Shown: positions 46,725 to 60,066, counted from the first letter of the stretch. The stretch is DNA of 64,000 bases from Trichodelitschia bisporula (GCA_010356995.1 ML996694.1:1-64000), one strand, 5' to 3'. A program made the numbers and translations. Notes: generated by a model from the sequence alone, not told the origin.

Positions 46725-48451
46725 ATGGCGAAGGAATTGAAGGACCAGCAGGATTTGTCCAACGCCTTTCGCTTCTCGCGATTGGTGATTATCCTCAGTG
46801 CCCTCGCCTTTACGCTGTTTGTTTCGTTTATCGACCAGACGAGTGTGTCGACGGCGTTGCCGGCGATTGCGAAGAGTTTGGATGCGTTTGAGACGATTTC
46901 GTGGGCGGGGACGAGTTTCCTGGTTGCGAATACTGCGTTCCAGCTCATCAATGGGCGGATGAGCGATATTTTTGGGCGGCGGAATTGCCTGCTGTGAGTT
47001 CTGCATTCTGATTTTTGGCATTCGTTAATGGATCAGTGTGTGTATGACGACTTTGGCCGTCGGCGACCTCCTCTGCGGCTTCGCCAAAACGCCCGCCCAG
47101 CTGTACGTCTTTCGCGGTATCGCCGGTATCGGAGCCGGCGGGATCAACAGCCTCGTCATGATCATCTTCACCGACATGACCACCCTCCAACAACGCGGCA
47201 AATACCAAGGTCTCCTCGAGACCAACATCGCCCTCGGCAACGGCGTCGGCCCGCTCATCGGCGGCGCCTTCTCACAGTCCGCCGCCACGTGGCGGTGGGC
47301 GTTTTGGTTAATCGTGCCGGTGACGGCGGTGGCGGGGGTTACTATTTTCTTGACGCTGCCGAAGACGAGGGTTGAGGGGAGTGTGGTTGAGAAGTTGGGC
47401 AGGGTGGATTATGGGGGGATGTTGTTGAGTCTTGCGGCGGTTATATTCCTTCTGGTAAGACATGACGTTGAAGGGGGGAGTTGGGCTAACTTGCAAGATC
47501 CCTATTTCCAGCGGCGGAAGCACATGGTCCTGGTCCTCGCCACTCATCATATCGTTTCTCGTCATCGGCAGCCTCCTCGGCATATCCTTCATCCTCTACG
47601 AATGGAAGTTCGCCCAGTACCCAGTCATGCCCCTGCGCGTCTTCGAGCGCCCCTCCGCCAAAATCATGTTCACGCACAACTTCCTCACCGGCATCGTCTA
47701 CTACTCGGATCTCTACTTCCTCCCCCTCTACTTCCAAGTCGTCCTGGGTCACTCCCCGCTCCTCTCCGGTATCCTCATCCTCCCCCTCATTCTCGGTTTC
47801 TCAGCGAGTAGCGCCCTGGGCGGCGTTATGCTGTCCAGGTTGAATCGCTGCAATCCGATTATTTGGGCGGGATATGTGATGTGGACAGCCGGCGCGGGGG
47901 CGCATATGGCGTTTGGGAAGGACTCGAGTGTGGGGTTGCTGGTTGGGTGTTTGCTTGTTGAGGGCATAGGCATGGGGTGGGCTTTTCAGCCCGTCATGAT
48001 CGCTTTGCTCGCCAACACGCGGAAGGAGGACCGAGCCGTCGTCACTGGATTGCGCAATTTCCTGCGGACGATTGGCGGCGCGGTGGGGCTGGCGGTGTGC
48101 ACGGCGACGATTAATAATGTGCTGAGGGCGAATTTGCCGGAGGGCGTGAGTGGGAAGAGTGCGATGCAGCTTATTCATACGCTGGATGGTGGGAAGGAGA
48201 GTGAGATGGTGAGGGTGGCGTATATGAAGGGTGTCAAGATTGTTTTCTATTTGGCGTGTCCTATTATCGCTGTTTGTCTCATCAGCAGCCTGGCGCTCAC
48301 GGATGTGACGCTTACGACGGCTTATGACAAGCCGGCGGAGGCGGGGGTTGTGCAGGATAAAGGGGAGACGTCTGTGGAAGCCGAGGAGAAGAAGTCGGTG
48401 GATGTGGAGGATGAGAAAGTTCCGGTGGATGTGGAGAAGGCGGGGAGGTAG
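46725..48451 (+). CDS. MFS transporter, DHA2-like (14 TM)
   Basis: IDQTSVSTALPAIA, WAGTSFLVANTAFQLINGRMSDIFGRR, FRGIAGIGAGG, GPLIGGAF, WRWAF; introns ~46994-47036 and ~47455-47498. Confidence 0.93.
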
Positions 48452-49222
48452 GAGGACATTGTACATTAGGAGATCGTTTGGGTATCAGAAGGCGGCATCG
48501 GCGGGTTTTGAATGTTTATAGATGGTTAGAGGCGCATCATTGCTTAGTTAGCTACGGAAAATAGAAGCTTCATTCTACGCATACAACACATGGTAAATCA
48601 TGCAATCGCAGACTCTCTCTCAGGATAGTCACCTTGGGAGGAAAGATCTCGCCCTAGACTTGAGAGGGCATTATGTACCGATGGTCAGTGTCAGCCATTG
48701 CTGTTCGGGCCGAAGGATGACGCGAAATACTTCAATCGCCGGCGTCCTGTGTCTCGGATGCCGGCAGCGGGAACTATCATCGGGCCCTTCCGCGGTGCCT
48801 TGAGTGCGGGGAGAAAGCTCGCAAACTGTCGACATCAAATGTCAATTTCAGGACATTTGTTCCCCCAGCAACGGATGTATTGTTTGAGTCAGGGCAAAGG
48901 AGGGGAGATGTACTTGAGTTCTGGACATTGTTCTGGTACACTAGATCAGATGAGAGGCTGCATGGTGAAGCTTCCGAGTCTGAGCAAGGTGGTGAAGATG
49001 AGGGAGATCAGAAGGGCAGATACGATGATGATGAGTGAGGGATCATTTTGATGTGGGAGTGTAAGTGAACAAGGAGAAGTTCACATCTATGCACCAAATT
49101 GTTGCCATTGGTACTGCTGACAATATGTCGAGTGCTCACGGTTCCCAGGCGTCGATTGACATGAAGTTGTTTTCAACTGACACCTCAGGCATCCATCCAT
49201 AAACGCCAAGGCGGCGAGAGCA

Positions 49223-49247
49223 ACGCGTCGTTCCCTCTTTTGCGCGT
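49223..49247. promoter_or_regulatory. MCB-like (MBF) G1/S elements upstream of PDS5
   Basis: ACGCGT at 49223-49228 and GCGCGT at 49242-49247, ~250 bp before the PDS5 start. Confidence 0.45.
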
Positions 49248-49475
49248 CAACTCCCATTTACAGGTTTAGGAACTGTAATCCGCTCTCCACCAAGCTCCCC
49301 ACCTTCAACACCACTCCTCACCAACTCGCCCATCAAACATCAGCGCTTCTTTACAGATCCTCAAGAAGAGTTCAACGCCCATCTGGTACACGCCGACGTT
49401 GCCTCCCCAAAACATTGGGGTTCTCACCACTTGCTCCCCGCCAAAGGCGCATTACCTGCGACATCAACCTCGCAT

Positions 49476-52400
49476 ATGCCTGCGGAAACGCGCACGCGCC
49501 AGAGCGGCGCCGTTGAGATGATGGAAGAGGAGGAGGAATCGGTTGCCACGCTCCAGTTCAGCGAGGCCATCGCCTGGCGGGCTGGACGTCCCATTGCCGT
49601 CGCGACTCTGCTGCAGCGCCTCGACAGCCTCACCCGCGAGCTGCAGAGCTACGAGCAGGACGGCGTCGACCGCGACTCTCTGCTAGGAGTGGCTAAGGAC
49701 CTCGCCAGCCCTAGCTTGCTCTCCCACAAGGATCGCGGTGTTCGCGCTTACGCGGCCTGCTGCTTGGTGGATATCTTCCGCCTTTGCGCGCCCGATGCGC
49801 CGTACACTGCTACTCAGCTCCGGGTTCGTGCGACGCTTGAATTGGTGGGCCTCACTGACTTTTGTAGGACATATTCACGCTCTTCGTATCCACTATATTC
49901 CCTGCCCTCTCTGACCCCTCGAACCCCTACAATGGCCAGCACCTGTTTGTCCTCCGGTCGCTTGCCGAGGTTAAGTCGATTGTGCTCCTGACGGACATCC
50001 CGTCGTCCGGCAATCTCATCGAGAACCTGTTCACTGCCTGCTTCGACGTCCTGTCAGGCCCATCCAAGGCGGACTCCGGGGAAGAGCTGAGCAAAAATGT
50101 TGAGCACCACATGACGGCCGTCCTCGCGACTCTCGTCGACGAGTCCCAGAGCCTCCCCGATGGGGTCATCTACACTATCCTGGCCCAGTTCTTGCGTGCC
50201 GATCCGTCGGTGTCATTGACGGCGCAAAAGGGCAAGAAGCCGCTGCCGCAGATAGACCCGACGCAAACGACGCTGCTCATCAAAGAAGCACCGCCGGCGT
50301 ACAACATGGCGAAGAACATTTGCAACTCGTGTCCCGACAAGATGTCGCGCTACGTCACGCGCTACTTCAGCTCGGTTATGCTCGATGCCGCGTCTTTTGT
50401 GGACGGCAGGCGCAAGGGCCGGCGCGGCGAAGACGACGAAGACGAGGAACCTGAAACGTCAGAGGATGATCTGCAGAAGAGCAGCAAGGCGCATGGCATG
50501 TTGCGCGAGCTGTGGCGGTCGACACCCTCCGTTCTCCAGGACATTGTGCCGCAGCTGGAAGCCGAGCTTTCTGCCGAGCACCTCAACATCCGCATTATGG
50601 CCGTCGAGACGGTTGGCGACATGATTGCCGGCATCGGTCATGCGGGCCCGCCGCACCCCACTCCCCTCAATCCCGCTGCGTATCCGTCACAGAGCCTCGG
50701 CGGGTCCGACAAACCCCAGGTCTACAATTTCTTGACCACGCCGAGCTCCCCCGTTTCGTTCATCTCCCGGTACCATCAGACCTACCAGGCCTTTGTCCAG
50801 CGCCGCAAAGACAAATCGCCCCTGGTTCGCGCCGCGTGGTGTACGGCGGTTGGACGTATTGTGCAGACATCGGCTGGCGGCGTCGGCCTCGATCCAGACG
50901 AGGAGCAGACCTTGCTCAAGTACTTCGCCGAGGCCTTGGTTGATGGCGATGAGAAGGTGCGGCTCAGCGCTGTCAAGGCTATCGAGCGGTTCGACTTCAA
51001 CGGCATCCTGCAGAAGCTCGGCAGCAACGGCGGCATCGGGGAGCCGCACTCTGTACTGTCGAATCTCGCAGACCGCGTCAAGGACCGCAAGCACCACGTC
51101 CGCACTGAGGCGATTCGTCTGCTCGGCAATGTGTGGGGTGTGGCTGCAGGTGCGATTGCCGAGGGCAGCGAGCGCGTGCGGACGCTGTTGGGCCAGATTC
51201 CCTCTAGGATCCTTGACACTTACTACATCAATGACGCCGAAATCAACGCGCTGGTGGACCACGTGCTGCACGAATCTTTGATCCCGCTCGGGTACCCGCC
51301 GATTAAGAAACCGGCGAACGGGGCGGCCAAAGGAGACGAGATCAATGCCGACAAAATCCGCACTGAGCGCATTCTTGTCATGGTACGCGATCTCGACCAG
51401 CGCGCGAGCGTCGTGCTCTTTGCTATGCAGGCTAAGCAGAATGCGAACGCCAACTACATGAACATCTTCCTCCAGAAGTGCGAGCTCTACAACGGCGGTG
51501 TCGTGGACAGCGGCGAAGAAGAGATCGTGGCACACCTCGGCAAACTCATTCATCACTTTACAAAGACGCTTCCGGAACCGTCGCGTGCGGCCGAGGACCT
51601 CTGGAAGTTTGCCAAAATGCACGATCGCCGCAGCTATCAGCTCATCCGCTTCTGTACAGCCGTCGACAGCGACTACCGCAAGGTTCAGAAGGCTATCAAG
51701 GAGCTGACTAGGCGCGTAGAAGAGACCGCTGGGGGGACAGCGACGTTTGTCCAGACGATTTTGATCTTGGTGTACCGCTGCAGCGTGCTGTTTTACAACC
51801 GTAGCCACATCCCGGCTATCATCGAGTACTCGCGCACCGATGAACAGGGCCTTGGCAAGACGGCGCACAGCGTGCTCAAGGAGATTTCAAAGTCCAAGTC
51901 TGAGGTCTTTAAGGCACACATCCAGGATCTGTGCAAGTCGTTGGCGGCCGAGGCCCCGAGCGCCAAAAAGCCCGCCACTCCAGGGGCGCTCTCCGATCTC
52001 AAGGCGTGCGCGTCATTTGCACAGCGCTTCCCTGCCGACACGCCCAAGGATCGCAAGTTCCTGCAGGCTATGCTTGCCTACATTGAGCATGGGTCGCCGC
52101 CCAAGGCTGCAAAGTACGCCGTGCGCATCGTCCTCACTGCAGCGGACCGCAAGGAAATGTACGCCAAGGATGTGTACTCCCTCTGCATGGACAACTTCGA
52201 GTACGGCGCTGGCAACTACCTGGCGCGGCTGGCGGCGCTCAGCCAATTGATGCTGCTGGCTTCGCCCCTTTTGAACCCGTCTGAGTGCGACAGCGTCATT
52301 GATGTTGCCATCGAAAAGGTGCTGACAAACCCTGATGCCTCGCCCGCCGCAGAGGATGCGGACCCCGAGTGGACGGACGAACCAGATGAGCACTGCGAAG

Positions 52401-54019
52401 CCAAAATGTGGGCGCTCAAGCTGTCAGCCAACCGCCTCCGCTCGTTCCAGGAGAAGGACCCCATCGACGAGGCCTCGCGCCCCGTATTCCGTTTCCTCAA
52501 CACCCTCGTCCAAAAGGGCGGCAACCTCCCGCGCCTGCCCGAGGCCCCCAAGGCGCACGGCTCTCGTCTCCGTCTGCTCGCCGCACAGCTCCTGCTCAAA
52601 ATCTGTCGCGAAGAGCGCTTCAACCACCGCCTCAGCCCCACCGCGTTCAATAACCTAGCCACCGTGACCATGGACACAAACGAGCACGTCCGCGCCGGTT
52701 TCGTCAACAAGCTGATGAAGTACCTGGGGCAGGGCAAGCTCGCAAAGCGCTTCTACACGCCGCTCTTCCTCCTCGCGCACGAGCCGCGCGCGTTCCTCCA
52801 GAGCAGCGCGTTGACGTGGCTCAAGAGCCGCTCTCTTGCGTTCGCTGCGGCGAAGGACACGACTATGGAGGCGCTGTTCCCGCGTTTGTTGAGCCTGCTC
52901 GCACATCATCCTGACTGGGATGTTATTGCTGAGAACCAGACGGATGAGGAGGAGCGCACGGCGGAGCTGATTGCGACGATGCGCGAGTTTGTGCAGTATA
53001 TTGTGTTTTACCTTAAGTGTGTGGCCAGCGCGAATAACCTCAGCCTTGTCTTCCATGTCGCGCAGAAGGTCAAATCTGTGCAGGACGCTATCAATCCCGC
53101 GCTCAGCGACAGGTTGTATTTGCTCTCGGAGCTGGCGCAGGAGGTCATTCGGAGGTACGAGGAGATTCTCGGGTGGAGCATGCAGGCCTGGCCCGGGAAG
53201 GTGTCCATGCCTGGCGGGATTTTCCAGGCGCTGCGCGACCACGACAGGGCGCAGGAGGTCGCGACGCGCCAGTATGTGCCGAGCGAGTTGGTGGACCAGC
53301 TGGATGAGTTGGTCAGGGCTACGCTGAGGCCTAAGAAGGTTCGTTACTGGCCCTTTCTCGTATCTGCGGCCTTTGAACTAACGGAGGAAAAGCGCAAGCT
53401 TGACGCTTCAGATCGGTCTGCGAAGAAGCGCAAGACGACGACTACGCCGGCGCGGGTTAAGGCACAGCCGTCGGCGAGGAAGCCGAAGAGGGTGCGCACG
53501 CCGAAGCCGAAGAAGCGCAGGGAGGGGGATGAGCCGTCGAGTGAGCCAAGGAGGAGTGTGAGGGCGAAGGGGAGGAAGAGTTATGTTGAGATTAGTGATG
53601 AGGAGTCTGTGACTGCTGAGGGCGAAGACGAGAGCGACGAGAGCGAGGCGCAGTCGGATGCTGAGTCCGGGGCCGCTAACTCCGACGGGGACGAGGAGAT
53701 ATCCGAGGCCGAAGAGCCGGAGGAGCCAGCCGAGCCTGTGGTCGAGAAAAAGACCAAGCCGATACCCAAGTCAACCAAGAAACCCGCCCCGCCGCCCGCA
53801 GCCGACGACTCGGATACATCGGACCTGTCCGAGCCGGTCGACTCGGATGAGGAGAGTCCCGAGCCTGTGTCCAGCCCTATCCAGAAGCGTGGTGCGGCTA
53901 AGGCGCGGAGTGGCTCAGCGGCGAAGGGGAAGAATGGGATAAAGACGGTGCCGGTGCTCTCTAGTTCGCCGGTTGCGACGACGCCGGCGAGGGCAACGAG
54001 GCGGTCGGCACGCGGGTGA
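49476..54019 (+). CDS. PDS5: Sister-chromatid cohesion protein Pds5 (Spo76/BimD)
   Basis: LLSHKDRGVRAYAACCLVDIFRLCAPDAPYT, HEAT-repeat body, RLLSLLAHHPD and acidic/basic tail; intron 49824-49867 and a probable in-frame intron near 53339-53392. Confidence 0.95.
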
Positions 54020-54478
54020 GGGTGGTGATGAGGGTGACGGTGGTGATGAGGGTGACGGGAGGTTCTGTGAGCAGCGTTTGCTTGGGATACCCTTGCTGTG
54101 CTTTCGGGGGGGTTGCGGGAGTTTAGTTTTCGGGCGGGTGTGTGATGGATAGTGGTCATGGTCGGAAGCATGTCATGGGTTATGGCTTCATGTATGCTAC
54201 TGGAAAGGAAAATGGGATGCAGGACTGTATGTAAGCTTTTTACGTATGGAGTTATCTTCAACCTTAATAGGGGTGTGCATTTTGCCAACCAGGGGGAATA
54301 CCTAGTAGTTGTATTCCTCCGACCGTTCCCTCAGGTCGCTTGCTAGCAACAGGGATATCATCCTCGGCCTTTCGCCAACCATACCATACGGTACAATGAT
54401 CCCTAACCCACGGCATGCATCCCATCCGACCCCACCTCACCCCACGTTCTCCCCATCACCACCTCCACCACCATCGCA

Positions 54479-55749
54479 ATGTCCACCCCCCGAAAGCGTC
54501 ACGTCCTAATCATAGGGTACTCCATCCGCCCCCCCCCCCCCCCCCCCCCCCCCCCCCCACCCCCCCCCCCCCCCCCCCCCACCTACCACACGCTCTAACC
54601 TCCCAAGCGCCGGCGTAACAGGCCTGCAAACCGCCCTCGCCCTCCTCGACGCCGGCTACACCGTGCACATCATGGCAGACCACTTCCATTATGACAAAAA
54701 CAAGCCTGCAGACTACGCTTCTCCACGGTACGTCCCTTGAATCGCTAGTTAAACCACGCCCCACCCGCCCGCTAATCCCCGCAGCGCCGGCGCCCACTGG
54801 CGCTCCCACGCCGCCCCCACCGACACCGAGCAGCAAGCCTGGGACAAAGCGACCTACGCGCGCTGGCTAGCCATGTTGGAGGACGACGGGCCAGCGTCCG
54901 GCCTCGGGGTACGTGCCCCGCCTCCCCTACTAACCCCTACTAACCCCGCTCACGCCCCAGCTCGTCTCATCGCACTTCTACACGCCCTCCCCCTCCCCCC
55001 CCTGGTACGCCCCGCACGTGCAGTCCTTCCATCTCCTCCCGCCACGCACCACGCCCGACGGCCAGACCCTGCACGGGCACGCTTACACATCTGTGATCCT
55101 CAACGTACCCGTCTATCTCAAGGCGTTGGATGACCGTGTCACTGCCCGCGGCGCGCGCTTCATGCGCGGTGGGACGCCTGGCTTGGGCACCGTGCGGGCC
55201 CACTTCGCGGCGCTGTATGGACCAAATGCGCCGGTGCTGGCGGCGGTGGTTAATGCGACGGGGATAGGGGCGCGGGGGTTTGTGCCTGATCACGCGGTGT
55301 ATCCGCTAAGGGGGCAGACGGTGATTGTGCGGGGGAGTGCGGAGCGGATTACGACGGTGGATACGCCGGGCGTGCTTACGGATTTGTTGTATATACTACC
55401 GCGGCCGGGGGCGGGGGTTACGGTGTTGGGGGGGACGAAGGGGAGGGATTGGGATGGGAGCGTGGATGGGGAGACGACGAGGGAGATTTTGGAGCGGGCG
55501 GCGGAGTGGGCGCCGGAGTTGGGGGGGGTGGAGGGGATGGAGGTTTTGGAGGTGCAGGTTGGACTCAGGCCGGCGAGGGAGGGGGGGGCGAGGGTGGAGG
55601 TGGAGTGGTTGAGGGAGGACTTGGTTATTCATGCGTATGGGCATGCGGGGGCAGGGTATCAGAACTCGGTTGGGTCGGCGGACAAGGTGGTTAGGTTGTT
55701 GGGGGAGGCACTTGAGAAGATGGAGCGGGATAGAGAACTGGATGACTAG
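54479..55749 (+). CDS. D-amino-acid oxidase family FAD oxidoreductase
   Basis: VLIIG|AGVTGLQTA (GxGxxG split by intron 1), YASP|.AGAHWR, VVNATGIGA, RGQTVIV, VGLRPAREGGAR, HAYGHAGAGYQNS; three short introns. Confidence 0.9.
54529..54580. repeat. Poly-C tract (~50 nt, one A interruption) in DAO intron 1
   Basis: Direct reading. Confidence 0.9.
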
Positions 55750-55767
55750 GTTTAAAGCGAGGGCTGG

Positions 55768-56657
55768 CTACCACCCTTGGTCGTCGTCGTCGTATTCCAT
55801 TCCTCTCTCCTCCAGTCTTTTTGCCTGCTCTGCCATGGCTTGCTCTGCGCCGAAGGTTTGGTCTGAAGGCTGGTTTGCTGGGTGGGAGGGGTCCATTGTT
55901 GTTTCGATTTTGCGGAGGAGGCGCGCGGGGTTGCCGGCTGCGACCCAGAAGTCGGGCACGTCCTGATAGTATGAGCTTCATCGGCTTTCAAGCCCATCTT
56001 CGCGCGTGATACGAGACGCCGTACCTTAGTAACCACACTCCCCGCCCCAACAACGCACCCACGGCCCAGCTTCACGCCCGGTAATATAGTCACATTCCCC
56101 CCAATCCAAGAATCCTCCCCAACATGAATCTCCTTCCCCAGTTCCGGCCCCTGCGTCCCGTTCCGCAAAACGGGGTCCAGCGGATGCGTCGCGGCGAAGA
56201 AACTGACGTTTGGACCGAGTAGTGTACGTGCTCCGATGGTGACGAGACAGGTGTCCAAGACCGTGCAATTGAAGTTTATGAATACCCCGGTCCCGACACG
56301 GAGGTTTGTTCCGTGGTCGATGTGTACGGGGGCGTGGATCCAGGGGTCGGATTCGAATAGGGCTTCGTCGAGTTCGGGGGTGGGCGCGGGCGGTGGGAGC
56401 GGTGTCGTGTCATTGACGATGCTAGGCGTGTTAACGGCGAATGGCGTGTGATGTGTGATTCGGGATGCGATATGTGGAATGGCTTACTCCCGCCAGAGCG
56501 CGACGCGCTCCCGACGCGTTACGTCCCCCGCGCTGTTGAAGCGCTCGCAGGCGAGTTCGCAGCGCCGTCGGGCGGCGACGAGTTCGGGGGTGAAGGCGTG
56601 GTAGAGGTCGCCGCGGAGCATGCGGGCTTTGTTTTCGGAGATGAAGGGGGTGGCCAT
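55768..56657 (-). CDS. Maltose/galactoside O-acetyltransferase (trimeric LpxA-like hexapeptide repeat)
   Basis: ENKARMLRGDLYHAFTPEL, IDHGTNLRVG, FINFNCTVLDTCLVTIG, ATHPLDP, WIGGNVTILPGV, VVGAGSVVTK|DVP, AGNPAR; two introns. Confidence 0.92.
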
Positions 56658-56872
56658 AGTGATGAGAAATGGGGGGATTGAGTAGTGCGGAGAAGTGCGG
56701 AGGTGGGGAAGTGGGGTTGGTGTCGTGATGGCGGCGTGCGGCGGCAGATGGAGCGCGACTGTTTGGAGCTAGCGGTTTATGGACTGGGGCCTGTCGATGA
56801 CCATGGCCTTTGATATTCCACTTTCGGACTTCATATGCCATGATACGACAGCGTCAACCCCCGCCGTCCGCT

Positions 56873-59800
56873 ATGGAAGCTAGAAATCGGGCTTTTCAGT
56901 TCGTATGTTTTGCTCCGCGGCGTCAATTCTGCTAGCTAACACTCCGCAGCTCAAGCCGCCCTGCGTGCAACTCAGCCAGGCTGCGCTGCGCTTAATGGGC
57001 GGCACAGGATCAACCTCAGCCGTCACCAACGCTCTCCAACACGTCTCCACGGCCCTCAGCACCGTCGGTACGGACCCGAACATCCTCGACGCCAAACTCG
57101 CGGACTACGTCTTCTTCCCGCTCTCCCACGTCCTCAAGCAACTCGAAAAACTCCCGGTTCGCGCAAAGGAACTAACGCTGGAATGCATCCTCGCCCTCCT
57201 CCAGACGGCATGGAAGGCCGACATGCCCCCCGAACTAGGCTGCCAGCTCCTGATTCTGCTCTCGTTCCTCGCGGACCCGGGACCGGGGAAACCGCTGACT
57301 TCGTCTGAGGAACTCCAAGCGTTGACGTTCACGTGTATGGACGCCGTCTTCACCGCCCTATCCAGCAGCCCGAAATCCCGCGCCGCGCTCACCGCATCAC
57401 CCAACCTCCCCCACCTAGGCAAATCCGTCTCGGTCCTCCTCGACGGCGCCGTCGATGGCGTCTCGCCCGCAATCCAACTCGCCGCCCTCTCCGCGCTGCA
57501 CTCCTTCGCCACCGCCGTCCTCGACCCCGAAGCCCTCGCCCTCTCCTTCCTCCCGGGTATCATGTCCGCCCTAACCAAGATCCTAACCCAAGCCGCCAAC
57601 GCGCGGCGCTCGATCCGCGTCCTCGCGTCCGCGCTCGACGTACTCACGGTCCTACTCCCGACCGTGCTCTCGGAAGCAGCGACCGCCAATCTCCCCGAAA
57701 AAGCAACAGCCACACGCCTCGACCGCGCCTGGCTCCGGGCTACATCCGCACAAGTCAACCTCGCGCTCGGCAACGTCGTCAAGCTCCGTCAGCACGACCG
57801 GGACACCGTACGATCCGCCCTATCCCGGCTCTGCCTCACCATAATCCAACAATGCCGCGCCTCACTCTCCGCCTCCATCCCCATGGTGCTCGAAACGCTA
57901 GTCACGCTCGCAGCCACCGACACAGATACGCAGCGCGCGCTAAGTGATTTACTAGGAGCTGACTACACGCTGGCGGAAATCCTCCGCGAGTTGCTGCGCG
58001 GGTGGATCGTGGCCCTGCCCCGCGTTATGCAGTCTACGGACGACGCGTCAAGGCATAGACGGATCCACCAACTCGAGCTCGCGCACCGGCTGCTCAGCGC
58101 GCAGGCCGTCGATCTTACCCCTGTCGACGGCGTCCTGGCTGCGAATCTGAGGGACAGTGTGGTTAACGCCATACACCTCGGCAAAGGGGCCGGCGGTGTG
58201 GTTGAGTACCCCGACACCGGGCCGGGGATAATGGACGTCAGCACATCTGACGCCGTGACCTTTGCGCCCGTCCTCGCGCCACGGCCCGCGCAAGTCGCCA
58301 CGCTGGACGAACTATCGCACTTCCTAACGCATCTCAGCGCGGCAGATACGGGGCTGGCGGTGACGCGGGAGCTCATCCCCTCCCTCCCCATCAGCGCGGG
58401 TGAGGCGCAACTCGCATCCTTCTGGCTCAGCCTCACCATCTTACGCAAGTCATGCGAGTCCGCGCTCGCGGTGACGGACATGCTCGCGCTAGACGCGGGG
58501 TCTGACGATAGGGCTGATCTGCTGGAGCAGATGTACTCGTTCTCGCTGGGCGTGCTTACGGCCCCGTCGGATGAGCTCGAGGGGCTGGATTGGCGCCTGC
58601 AGGCGCTATCCCTCGAAACACTCGCGCTCCAAGCCAGTCAACAGGGGCAGGCGTTCCGCGCGGAGCTGATCGACGCGCTGTACCCCGTCCTGCACATCAT
58701 GGGCGCGCCGCACCCGGCCCTGCGTGCGCACGCCGTGTCCACGCTCAACATTCTCGCTCGGTCCTGCGGGTACGCCAGCGCCGCGGAGCTGGTGATTGGG
58801 AATGTGGATTATTTGGTTAATGCGGTGGGGCTGCGGTTGAATATGTTCGATCTCACGCCTCAAGCGCCTAGGGTGTTGCTTATGATGGTTAGATTAGCGG
58901 GGCCGGGCGTGGTGAGGTACCTTGGGGATGTCGTGGAGAGTGTGTTTGCGGCTTTGGAGGCGTTTCATGGGTATAAGGGACTGGTGGAGGGGTTGTTTGG
59001 GGCGCTGAGGGGGATTGTGGAGGTTGGGGTGAGGGAGCCGGCGCTTGCTATCACCGAAGGGGGAGAGGGAGCCCAGGACCAAGAGGGGGGATCAAAGCAA
59101 GAAGGTGGGCCGGCGAGCATGGCGGTTGTTGCGGAGCGGTTTTGGGCTATAAGGCAAAGGAGGGAGGAGAGGGAGGCAAGGGTTGAGAACGTGGGACCAT
59201 TTCCACAGCGCCCGTGGAAGGAGGAAAAGGAGCAGGATGCCATGGATACCGACGACCGCGACCTCAACGACATCAACAACGACGACGACGAAGCCACCTC
59301 CCCTCCCCCCCCTACCCCGGACGACGTCGAAACCCCCCCACCAGCCCCCCTCACCTTCGACATCCTCCTCCGCATCGCATCCCTAACCCAGCACTACCTC
59401 CCCTCCTCCTCCGCTCCCCTGCGCACCTCCCTCCTCTCACTCCTCACCACCGCCCTCCCCGCCCTCGCGAAACACGAAAACACGCTCCTCCCCGCGATTC
59501 ACACCCTCTGGCCCGTTGTCCTGGCGCGCCTGGACGACGGGGAGGCGTATGTGGTTGCGGGGGCCATGGATGTTGTTGGCTTGATGTGCGTCCACGCTGG
59601 GGACTTCATGAGAAGCCGCATCGAAGAAAGCTGGGGGTTTATGAAGTCCTGCGTCCTGAAGCGGACGCGAATAGGCGTGCCGGGAGCTGGAGCCAGCACC
59701 ACAGTCACGACATCAAGCGGATACACGTCAACACCTACCGCCCTCCTCACGGCATCCTTCACCACGCTCCTCACGCGGATAGCACGCTACGTCCCCGTCT

Positions 59801-60066
59801 CCGACATGCTCTTCGACGACATCGTGGACCTCCTCGCTCCTACGCTTTCGCACAACCCCGACGCACGTGCCGCACTGGAAGCACGCAACGCGGACGCGGT
59901 CTGGCTGGCCGAACGCCAGTTCGCCATTTACAGGGAGAAGGAGAAGGCTCTTCTCGGTTCCCGTCTGGAAAGCGGAGCGGGAAGTGGTGGGGCGGTAGTG
60001 TCAAGCGGGTATCCGCAGCGGAAAGCTCTTGGCAAACAGGGGCTGCGGTTTGTGGGTGTGGTTTGA
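56873..60066 (+). CDS. TTI1: TEL2-interacting protein 1 (TTT complex, HEAT repeats)
   Basis: MEARNRAFQF|LKPPCVQL (intron 56903-56949), LADYVFFPL, SFLPGIMSAL, LIDALYP, GNVDYLVN, LLPAIHTLWP, GDFMRSRI. Confidence 0.88.
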
